Shown here in pieces: positions 1-11,900 of a stretch of 64,000 nucleotides of DNA. The notes beneath the pieces were generated by a model. The model did no database searches, had not been told where the DNA came from, and saw only the letters and a list, made by a program, of their open reading frames with translations. Position 1 is the stretch's first letter, and every line of letters begins with the position of its first letter. The stretch is taken from positions 6,463,779-6,527,778 of the forward strand of contig MU058198.1 of assembly GCA_013265495.1 (NCBI GenBank), read 5' to 3'. The position numbers and the translations under genes were made by a program. Source of the stretch: Vicugna vicugna (Eukaryota).

Positions 1-66
1 AAAAACATTCTCCACATTGCCAGATACCCGTTGAAGGGCAAAATCACCCCAACTGGGAACCTCTGA
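1..66 (-). mobile_element. MER20 (hAT) terminal fragment
   Basis: ACATTGCCAGAT...GGGCAAAATCACCCC...GGGAACCTCTG matches a MER20 end. Confidence 0.6.
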
Positions 67-1562
67 CCTAACTGTAGCCTCAGTCCAGTAAAATGGGGAG
101 AAACTCTTTTCAGGGAACCCCTGGGAAGGAAGAAACAAGATTACAGGAGTTGTGAGTGACCCTCTCAAGTCCCTTCTTTCCTTAAGTGAAAAGAACTGCA
201 AGTGCACGAACATGTGCAACTTGGAAAGACTTCGGGAGAAAACAGGAAGGTATAAATCTGTCTCAATCAACTCGAGCTAAGACATCTACACCCTGAAAAA
301 CTTTCTATCACCAGTATATGTACAGATCTATATGTGAAACTAAATGCTATCTGGACAAGATATACGGACCCTTAATTTTTACTGCAGAACAAAGCTAACT
401 CAGAACTACAGTATTTATATAATTTCATTTTGTTCACTTTTACTTTCATTTTCCAACCAGGTTTCACTCTTTGAAAGTGATCAGGTAGAAAATGACATGA
501 CAAGAAAGTGGACGAGAAAAGAGACCAAAAGCCAGGTCTGACAGGCAGCTGGGCAGGATAATGAGAGCCTGGCAGGGACTGCTGATGAGGTGTGTTAAGG
601 AATTATTTGTTTTACTCATTAGGCCCTAAGGTTTCTCAGAATCAACTTCCTCCATAAAACTGAGCTCACAGTCAAGAAAGCTAAATAATTTTCTAGAAGT
701 TTTACTGTTTAACTAGGTGTCTTCAGGGCACAAAGGCAGTTAAGCAAAAGCATCAAAATAAATGTTAATTAAATCATCAGCACTGCCCAAATAATGGGGC
801 AACATCTGATGACTTCACTTGCAACAGTCATAAAGAGAAGAAAAAGTAACAAATGAACACGCAATTCTTTTTTTTAAAGAGGAAGTATATCAGTTTGAAA
901 ACTTACTTAACTTCCTACTCCACCTGCCCCAGTCTCAATTTAGTTTACTTTTTCTCAAATACTAAAATTCAAAACTTCGAAAATTTTAACAATGGCTAAG
1001 AGGCAACTTGTGAGAAGTTCGTACCATATTTTTAGGTTTGTTTATATGGAAATGTCACGTGAGTTCCTATTTTATTTCACCTAACCTCATAAACTAAACA
1101 TAGGCAATATAAGAAAGAAGCAAGCATTTATTTTTGATTTGTATTATCTGATATTCCCCAACCCGGCCTCCAGAAAAATAAGTCTAGCAAAATATAAACT
1201 GAGTCAGCTCAGAACGTATACCTGAATGACGCCAACTAAAACTCCCAGCTTTGGTACTAGAAAGCGATTTCAGAAAAACAAAGTTTTACTATACTTTACT
1301 AAAACTTTACTAAACTGCTGCTGCTGTCTTAGTTTGGATGCCAAGCTAGTATTCAACTACCTTAAAACAAATCTAATGCAAAAGAACTAACCTTTGCAAA
1401 CAATTGTTTAAATAAGATGACAAATTTTAAGATTAGCCAAACTACACAAGATTCGAAGGCATACACTCATAAAATCAAATCTCTGCATCTTTGTAATGTT
1501 TTTCTTTAATCATTCAAATATTGCAAAATATGAATCTAAGTCACCTCAAATATCTACTTTGC

Positions 1563-1680
1563 AGGAGAGGATATGGCTCAGTGGTAGAGTGTGTGCTTAG
1601 CATGCACAAAGTCCTGGGTTCAATCCCTAGTTTCTCCATTTAAAAAAAAAAAAATTCAATAAATCTACCCCACCTTAAAA
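1563..1680 (+). mobile_element. tRNA-Ala-derived SINE (camelid vic-1 type)
   Basis: GGCTCAGTGGTAGAG...CTTAGCATGCAC...GGGTTCAATCCC head, A-rich tail, flanking CTACTTTG repeat (1554-1561, 1683-1690). Confidence 0.85.
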
Positions 1681-2873
1681 ACCTACTTTGAAAATGAAGG
1701 TTTGCCACCAAGTACAAATAAAGTTCAATTTCCTATAGGCTTTTAATATACTCTAGAACTCTGTAATAGTTTTTAATCTAAGAAGTATGACAAATGACTC
1801 TCATAGTTTTTAATCCAAGTATGATAAATGGAATTAGAGTAAATTACTAGACGATGAGCAGTCCTCAAAACTTCATGAAATATTTCCTCTCTTTTTATGG
1901 AAATATTTTCAATTCTATAGTAATTCTGCAAGAATTTTAACTTCCACACAGTACGACAGGCTACAAAAAACAGCTTGGGCTTAGAAATGTCTGATTTCAA
2001 CAGCCCATTTCCTTGAGGTAAAGGAGAAAGATGTAGAAATGTTTCTCATTAGCCATATCAACCTTTACAGTAGAGGAAGAAGTATGTGCCATTTCACAGG
2101 ATGTATTGTACTTGAAAAGCATCTGTGATCATTTAGTGTAAACAGAAACCATTTAGAAACTAAAAGTTGCTGCTCAGACACAATTTCCTCTTTCCATCCA
2201 TCCTTGAAAGTAGCCATTTTTAGGTGAACTGCACTCTGACTTTTACTGTGGACAATAACTAGCCACCAGTAAACTATTTAATAACCACTGTAAATATGTC
2301 CATCCTTTGGCAACTGAATCTAAACTGATAGAAAGTCAACACTGATTACTACACACTGGCCCCCAATCTGTCCAGGCCAGCATGACTTCCCTGAGCCCAG
2401 TGGGGAAGAAAGCACTCCACATTCCCACGACCCCTCCTCCTGCCACCCACCTCCTGTGACCCGACCCCTGAATAACTGCAAAGCAGACCCATCACACCCA
2501 CAGGCTCATGCCAACCTCAACATGAGCAACTGTCATGAAATTTGAGAAAAAAGAAAAAAAAACAAAAACCAAAAAAAAACTAGGAGGGACAGCCATAAGC
2601 TGAAGGGAATTGGAGTGGATGACAGAAGATCAAAGGTGCCATCCTCCATATGGGTAAGGAAAAAAAATACGTTGTTCAAAATACTGTATTAGAAAGGAAA
2701 AGTTCTTACAAGGAACTAAGAAAGCTAGCTACTCAGAAGACATGGGCAGAAAGGCCAAAAATAGATTAAGGAAGAATCTGCATCTGTATCTCGCATAGAT
2801 AAGCAATTACTACCCAGCCGAGACCCCCAACTGCATTTAAAAAGAGGAATACCATGTGTGGTGCAGACCATAC

Positions 2874-2951
2874 CACTTTCTCCTGAGGTCGGGGATGGTG
2901 GTGGGGTGGCGGCAGTCACACTGTGTTTGTCCCAGACAGTCTCCAAGATAC
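2874..2951 (-). CDS. XPO6: XPO6 exon 6 (78 nt; GILETVWDKHSVTAATPPPSPTSGES)
   Basis: Acceptor tttcttggtag|GT, donor AGTG|gtatgg; lies within ORF 2725..3000. Confidence 0.95.
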
Positions 2952-5900
2952 CTACCAAGAAAGGAGAGGTTGAATTCAAGAGAGAAATAAAATCCAACAT
3001 ATGAAAATCAGATTTAGAAAAACGATGTATTGATATCTTTCATCAAATACCAGTATTTAAATGTCCATCTGTATGTCAAACTGCTTTTTCTGGACAACAC
3101 GACTTGGATATTCCAAACTCAATTTATCTTCTCCCACAAACCTGCCACTAATCTTTTTATATTCCTCACTCAGTCAACAATACCATCCCACATAATCTAG
3201 GCATCTGGCCTCTGCTCTCCCCATCTGGCCTCACCCTCCCCCCACACAAAGGCATCATCATGCTGAACTGTTTGTTAGCTGTTCTTCCTCATGTGTCCTT
3301 CTTCTCAACCTCTAACTTGCTCTCTTACCTTCAATCCCAACTTGACCTTTCACCAGACTAACTGCTACCTGTCTGTCCATCAGAATTCCAATCAGCTGTC
3401 ACCTCCTCCAGGAAGTCCCTCCTCAGTTTAGCTGTACATAAAACATACCTCTACTATAATTCTTTTAACACGCTGTCTTTCTCCCATACTAGAATATTTA
3501 GTACTAGAGGTCAGGGACTGTGTTTTATTCCTCTGTTTAATCTCCTTACAGGACCTGGCACCTAAAATGATCATAAAAATTACAAGATGGAAAACCTTGA
3601 AAATACCATGCTAAGTAAAGGAAACCAGACACAAAAGGTCACACATTCTGTGATTCCATTTTTATGAGACATCCAAATAAGAAAATCCATAGAGACAGGT
3701 AGTAATAGATTAGTGGTTGCCAGGGGTTGGGGGTGATGAAAATGTTCTGGAATTAGATAGTATAACAGTAGCACAACCTTGTGACTATATTAAACTACAC
3801 TTTAAAAAGATTTTATGATAAGTGAATTACATCTCAATTTAAAAATTTTAATGTCCGTCCAAGTAGGACACAGGTCTCAGACATGGTCCCTAACACTAGA
3901 AATCTAATATCTAGTTTCTAGTTTGGGGTGTCAATAAACGTGCTTTGAATGAATAAATGCTCTGAGGTTTGCATTTCCCCCTAAGGATTTGGGGAAGGAT
4001 GGGGGTGCGGGATAACAAGTTTACTTTTGATCAAACATTCCTACAAACAATTTTAAGTACCCATTACATGCCAAGCACTTCTGTAACACATGTAAAAAAA
4101 AAAAAGTTCCTAGACATCCAAGAAGAAACCTGGGTAGAAGAGCTGGGGATAAAAACACTTCTTTTCAGTATAACATTTCCCTGAGCAGCGTGGCTCAGCC
4201 TCATGGCCTGGTGCTGCACTGACACCTCAGAACCAGCAGCTCCACTGACGGCGCAGCAGGCACGGCCCTCGCCCTCGTGATGCGGGGGCTCCACTCTCTT
4301 CCCACCCTCCAGTTTCATCTGCAGTTTGCCTTCTGCTTATTCTTACTCTTCACTCATCGTCATGAGGCTCTACTAAAACATACAGGAGGACGAGGCAAAT
4401 GCTACGTACAACTACAACCCAGCGCACCGGGTGCCAACTCCACACCTTGTCTCACTTCCTGACACAGGATTTGAAATGTTCACATCTTCCTCCTCCAACT
4501 TCTCTTGATCTTAGATTCAAATCATCTTAAAGTGCTTGCCACCCACCTTACTTAGAATGCAGTAATCAGCATTTCAATCACATTCCTATGACCCAGTCTC
4601 TACTTCACTAATCACAGCTATGACGAAGACAAATTAATGAAAGACTTTAAAGGAAGATAAATTGAGGTCCTACCATGTACAAACCATTGAGCTAGGTACT
4701 GGGAATACAACACTTCACTCTTTGTTTTTACGCTTAGGCTCAGTAACAGCTGAAACAACTACTAGGAAGTCCGAGTACCAGGGCGTGCGCTCTGGGCGTC
4801 TGCAGGCAGGCCCCCCGACTTGTGGCACCGCCCGACCGCTCACCTGTCAATAGCCCGAGTACTGTCTGCACCTGATCCAGCAGCAACTTCCGCAACTCCT
4901 CCTTCCGAGCCACGCTGAGGTCCTCACGCGGACAAGCCAGCTCTTCTGAAGTTGTCTTCAACATGATCAGCCCGAGGGGAGTTGTCACAGGGGATTGAAT
5001 TAACTGCCGGGAAAATTAAGTTCTGAGTAGTGTCTGGCCAATTAAGGTATAAAAAAGACTAAAGAATGTTAAACCTGTGAAGTACAGTCTTCCCTCAGTA
5101 TCTGTCGGGGGTTGGTTCCAGGACCCCGTGGATACCAAAATCCAAGGACATTCAAGTCCTTTAGATTCAGTGGTGTGGTGCAGTCAGTCCTCCTCATCTG
5201 AGGATGTGAATCCCATGGATACAGAATGTCAACTGTATGTGGTAGTCCTACATGAATAGGCTACATAAATCAACACTTAAGAAAAATGACAGAGTACACT
5301 GATGTACCTTTTTCAACCATTCAAAATATATTCTCATCTTATTTTTAAAGACAAAATTCTAATACCATGAACTTAAAAACAACAAGGAAACAATGCTCTT
5401 TGACAACCAACATGACAATTTTTATACATGTCCACATTCCCAACAGAGCCTTAGTTACTCTACCAGGGTTAAAATATTAGTGATTAAGATATGTATAAGC
5501 CAATTTGTGATATTTTTCCAACATTCACATGTTATATCAACTTTACAGTTCTAAGCTTTGCATGCTTCATAAACATTCAAGATTAAACATGTGGCAGAGC
5601 AGAAACATGCATATGTATCATTAAACTATAATATGGTTATTATGATTTTCAAATACCTAAATAGTAAATTAAGTTACTTTTTCTATCACCTGCAATATCC
5701 ACTATATCCTTGGGAAGTTTCCTTAAATAAGACAGAAAAAAGGTGCACTCAACAGCATAACACTACTTATATCTTTTTAATCAATTTCACAAATTCAAAA
5801 CATTTATTTTTTAGTTTCCAGAAATGGTAGAACAAAGTAATCAAGGTGCTATTAAAATTCTGTTGGGTTATTTGCTATAATCTATAAAAAAGAAACAATT

Positions 5901-8900
5901 TAACAAACACTTGACCATCTTCTTTGATAACTAACTTTAAATGTAGTTCACTCCCTGATAAAAATAAGTTTTTTATTTATTCAGTCTACAACACGTAAGC
6001 CTTAAGGAAGAGGAGGACACCAGGGACCGCACAGAAAGATATAAAGGATATTCTGTTTCAAAAAACAGGGCACTTCCCCTGTCCCTTAAAAATAATTCTT
6101 CCCATTGCAGACCAACGGAAGCGCGTCCCTAAAGAGTAGCACGCAATAATGGAAACTCAGAGACATCCTACTGCCCTCAAAGCAGATTACAGAAAACCAG
6201 CAGCAAGTAATGACACATTTAAACTGCTCTCTATTAAATCGGTTCTCTTGAACGCTAAACTTAAAGTACATCCTCTACGTGTTTTCCCTTCATTTTCTAT
6301 AAGTTTGGACTATTTGTAACACTAACTTAAATTCAGGTAATGCATTGGGAGAGAAACAAATATTCTCCTCTAACAATTTTTCTTTATACAGTAAAATAGA
6401 ATTGACCCTTCATAAGCACTTCTTTTCATCAGACACCTTTGGATTATCAATCTATATTTTAATAGAGTCCCATAACTTTTCCCCTTCCACTTCTGTCTTT
6501 CTCCTCCACCTCATCTGTCTTTATTTTCCCCCAAGACCTCATTTTTACTCTCAGCTGGGAATAACTCAGCTGAGACCAAACATTCCATTGGGCAGTACTC
6601 TTCCTGTACATATGAAATGCTTCTGTGCTCTCCAGAAATTAAAAATTCCTACAAAATGGAAAATGTATCTTAAAGGCCCTATCTTCTCTCATCATTTGGG
6701 AGAAGGGAACACAGTCAGGCAAGAAGCTGGCTGCAAATGAAAGTTCTTCTTTACTTGAAACAACAGCCTGATGAAATGTGTAACTTTCCTTCTCACTAGC
6801 TTTGTGTCCAGAAAGCTTTTTATTAAAAGGATTTCCTTTTACTGTCTTCACATATATGATTAAAGCTCACAACAAAAGTAACAACACAGGTAACCTCTGC
6901 AATTTATTTTAATAGAGAATAAGCACCTTTAGGTTGAAGATCAAGTTCAGGTTCTTAGTGTCAGCTTCAGAAAAGGTTTGACAATTTTTCTTGCACCACT
7001 CAATCGAGAAGAAACATCAATTCTTTCCTATGCTTCTTTTCAGTGCCTGCCCCTTTATTATCTGGCCCCAGGCACAATGTGACCACAGGTCCAGCTCAGC
7101 AGGTTTCAGGACTCTGAAGAACAGTCTCTAGAAAGGTGTGATGTGTGCTGGTGCAGGTGGAGAGGAGGTGGGGAGAACAAGGTCAGTTCTGACTTCAACT
7201 ACTTCCTTCTCCAATGGCTTAGAAAGGCTACAACCAACACACAGAACTCCAAGTATCTTTCTGCGGCTCCCAAATCAACTCCTCTTTGCCTGTATGGCAG
7301 TCATCATGATCATGACATAAATTGCACAGATGTCCCCAAGCCAAATGTTACAGAATTTTTTAAAAAACAAAAAACTACACACCCCAGGCTACAAGCAGAC
7401 ATAATGGAACTAGGCAAAAAAAAATCTTTCAAATGGTTTAATCAAAAGATTAAATGATGGTGAAGCTGATTCCAGAACTAATTTGGTCGTGTTTACCAAT
7501 ACCTGAAGAAAAGATTTACTTTACTATCTTTATCAGAAATGTCAGCAATTGAGCACCAATCCTTCTTGACATGGCTCTCATGCTACTGACTGGTTCTCAT
7601 GCATGAATAAGAAGCAGAAAATAATACAATTGGAAAGAATTTTAAAGATCACTTAGTCCAATCCTCCCATTTTACAAAGAAGGAAATGGAGTTTCACGTT
7701 AAGTGGCAAGAGCTGCTAAAATCAAGGTGATCTGTGACAAAAATGGACACAGATCGCAAACCAGTTGCTTCCCAATCTAGCACTCCTTCCTCTACGGGGT
7801 GTTTCAAAGTCATGAGGGCTGCATGAGGTGAAAGGAGTCATTTCTGAAGGCTAGACAGAAGGAGGTGGTGGGGGAGAGAGGAAGACAACTACCTTTTTTA
7901 AATCTCCACGAGCACCTCACCCAGAAATGCTCTTCCAAACTCTCATTTATCATCATTAATTATGTTTCACAAGCAGATGAAATCTGTTCTTCATCAGAGG
8001 AACTGATCCTAGCCAGGGGAAAGCACGGCTCCTCCTCACTGCTGCTGGTAGGGCTGTGGCTCTCTGTCTGGCTCACATTCCACTGCTCTTCCCCACGAGA
8101 CGTGCCACTGAACAACCCCAGGAAGGAAGTCACAAGACCCCCAATCTTCTAGGTCCTTTCCACCTCCAAAGGACTTCCTGGCTCCCTCTTAGAGAGCCAT
8201 GAAGAGTGACCACAACTGCTTGTCAACTTGGAGTGAAAGCAAGTGTCATCAGAGAGTCAGCAAAGCCTCTCGCCTCCTAACCCACCGCTCCAGGCTCCCT
8301 GCCCCCTTGCCATTCCTCAGGTTCTTTGCACTGTGATTCCCTCTGCCCACAACACTGCTCCCCTGGATGCCCACCAGCTCACTCCATCACTTCTACTCAG
8401 GTTTCTGCACAAATGTCTGCTTCTCAGAAAATGCTTCCACGATCATCCCATCTATGGTTCTCCTCCTCCTTACCCTGGATTTAGTTTTCTCACAATACTT
8501 ATAACTACCTGAAAGAATTTATTTGCTTATTATTTACTGATGCCTCCCCCTTGGGACTATAACGCAAGTGTTTGTTCATTACTATATCCCCCCATGTGCT
8601 TGGTTAGTACATGGCTGGAATTCAACAAATAGTTGATGGAAGAAATTCATGACTCTCCTTTACGATATCAATTCTATAACTCTCTAGATAAATAAATCAC
8701 TATACAAAACAATACGGAATGGAGAATTTTTGTGCCACTTTGAGAAGCAATCTGACAGAAGCAATATGGATGCCGAATCTTTTTTTTAAATTGCTGCATC
8801 ATTCAAATACTTCATAGGGAGAGCAAGCAGAACATTAGGAAATGGTATTGTTTCCCGGAAAATTCAGAACCTACAGTCACTGAGACTATAATCAATTTTC

Positions 8901-11900
8901 ATAGAATTTTATTTCTATAAACTGTGCTTAATACCCACTCCCTGCATACCAAGACTCCCTCAATTATATAAAAACATTTCCAACTTTATCACAGGATTCA
9001 AATGAAGAAAAGCATTTCCTTCTTGGCTTTTAGGTCCCACTTATTCTCTAATGATTTCCAAATCCTAAACCCCAGATCCACACTTCCTAATGTCTCATCA
9101 GATATGTACAGAAGGAACAAACAAATCTTAAATGCATTTTCTGCCAAACTGAATTCACCATCTTCTACCCAAACCCACTTCCTCCTCCTTCATCCTTGAT
9201 CTAGAAAATCTGCCATCTAAGCCAGGAACTTGAAAGGCACTGTAGAGTCCTCCCCCACCTCATCCCTGCACCCTAGTCCTTGGCCAAAGCGTCTTGATTC
9301 TGCTTCCTACATGCCTTGCCTCCGTCCACCAGCCAGGCCTCTGCTTGGCTCAGGCCCCCTTAGCTCACTGGGACCTCTCCAACAGCAGCCTTCCCGGCCT
9401 CCTTTGCTCCAGCCTTGCCCCTCTGCAATCCAGACTCCACACTATAGCTAGAATTGTCATTTCAATATAACAATGTGACCATGTTGACTCCCTTTTCCAA
9501 ACTTTTCATTAGTTCCCAAGGAAGGACTATGAATTAAACACTGAAGCCCCGTGCAAGAGCAAGGCCCCTCCTGCTGTGGTCCTGCCCATCAGTCTTGCCT
9601 CCACTCTACCACTCCACATCTCATCACTAACAACACTGAAAACATCTCAGCTCCTTGAGTCTAAATGCTGTACTACCAGTGCACTCTGCACAATACTCCA
9701 TTAATAGTAATTAACACATTATTGGGTACTTATTATTTGCAGAGCTATCTCCCCACTAAACTCCATTGGAGGCCACATCCTTGCACCCAACACCTGGCAC
9801 AGTATCTAACAGGCTTTCAAATATTTGCTGGACAAAATTTTACAAGAGGTTAACAAAGCGATTAGGGTTCCCCCAACACCACCTTCTCCACTGCACAAAG
9901 GTACAACATGTCTCAAGAACACAAAGTTAAGTGAATAAGATAATCTATCCCACAATGACCTCACTACTGCAGTTGCAAAATGCTAATCTTAAAACTCCTC
10001 TTCAAGACAAGAAAATAATCACTTTTAAAAACAATTTACAAGGTTTCCACAGGTATCTCCTTACCTGTAAAATGTTAGTAAAAAAGTCATGGTAGAACAT
10101 GGGCCAATCCTGACGGCCTATGTCAACAATCACTTTGCAGAGCTTGTTCCGGATGAAGTAAGGTAAGGTTTTGTGGTGAGCCAAGAGGAGTTTGGGCAGG
10201 CAGCTACGGATTTCCATCTTATCCTGAGATGGGACCCCAAGCCACATTTTATTGATCAGATTCTGAAAAACAAGTATACACCTTTTAAGTTAATAATCTA
10301 TACACAAAACACACTGGTTTTCATCCAATATTAGCTATATCCCTCAATCGATATACTCTGCTTTTAAATAAAAGTTTGCAGCAATTTGGCAATAAGAGTA
10401 ATAAAATATTCAAATCTTACGATACAGCAATCCCATTCCTAAAAAGATGAGCTACATAATTTAACAGAAACAAAAAGGTATAGGTGCAAAAACTTTCTAT
10501 TACACCATTGTCTCTACCAAAAAATAATGACAAAAACAACTTCAACATCCAAAAATAGGAGAACGGCTTGGTGAATAACAGTACAACCACGTACAGGATT
10601 GTAACATAAAGGTAAGTGGGGAAAAAAGCAGAATGCAAAACAGCATAAGCAATATGATTATAATTAGGTTTTTTTTTAAGTGTGCATGGGAAGACAAAGA
10701 TTAGAAGAGAGTTGATACAAATGAAAATTTTTTGGAGTTGGGATGATGGCATAATGGGTATCATCCCCCCTCCCAAACTGTTTTTCTTTAATTATCTCTC
10801 TCTTTTAAATGATAACATGGAAGAAGTTATATGTTGCCACAAATGACCTAACTCCATCTTATCTTTTGGTATTGAAGATAGGTGCCCTGGAAACCCAGAC
10901 ATCCTGACAAAGGCGATATGTGGGAAGAAGTTTCTGAGCTGAGCTACTATTTCCGAGCCAGGTACACATCAAAAGTAAAGTCCAATGACATGGCAATGTG
11001 ACTACAAAATACTTTTTTTTTTTAATATATATATTTTTATTGAAGTATAATCAGTTTACAATGTTGTGTCAATTTCTGACATACAGCATACTGTTTCAGT
11101 CATACATGAACATACATATATATGTTTTCATATTCTTTTTCACCATCACTTATAAGACATTGAATATAGTTCCCTGTGCTATACAGTATGAACTTGTTTA
11201 TTTTATATATATTAGTTAGGATCTGCAAATCCTGAACTCCCAATTAATCCCTTCCCACCCCCTTACAAAATACTCTTCAGAATAGTATAAAATTTTCTGA
11301 CAACTTACCTCAAAAACTGTTAAACTGTACATCATTACATAGTCATTCCGAGTGCTGGAGAGAAAATACAGGCAGAATCTCCAAGCTCCTATTTGCTGGG
11401 CAAAGTTATTAAGAAGCTCCTCTGGAAAAGTTAAATAGCAACAAGAGAAGGCTATGAAAATACATGAAATTAATAAAATAGTAAACACACCTCTCTTGAT
11501 ATAATATAAATTACATCAAAACTAATCACAAAATTCAGCTAATTCTTCAAGATCCAAAGGACAGAGCATACAATATTTTTCTGACTCTGAGGTACCCATG
11601 AACACTGACAGTGTATTCAGCCATCTAAAAACCAATAACCTTGCTATGGACACTTTTTCAGGCAGAGAAACCTTCACTGTTGAAGTTCTTACTTAACCTA
11701 ATGTGTGGATAGATAGTTGTAAGAGTACCACTTTACCTTACAAATGATGGCTAATTGGTAACTTGTTTCCTCTGGGGTACAACTATATATATATATATAT
11801 CTCCTCACCACTCAACACTGTTCTCACTCACATATACACAAGATGATGGCTAGAAAAGTAGGGAAAGAAAAAATTAAAACTAACTTTATAAACACAGGAT

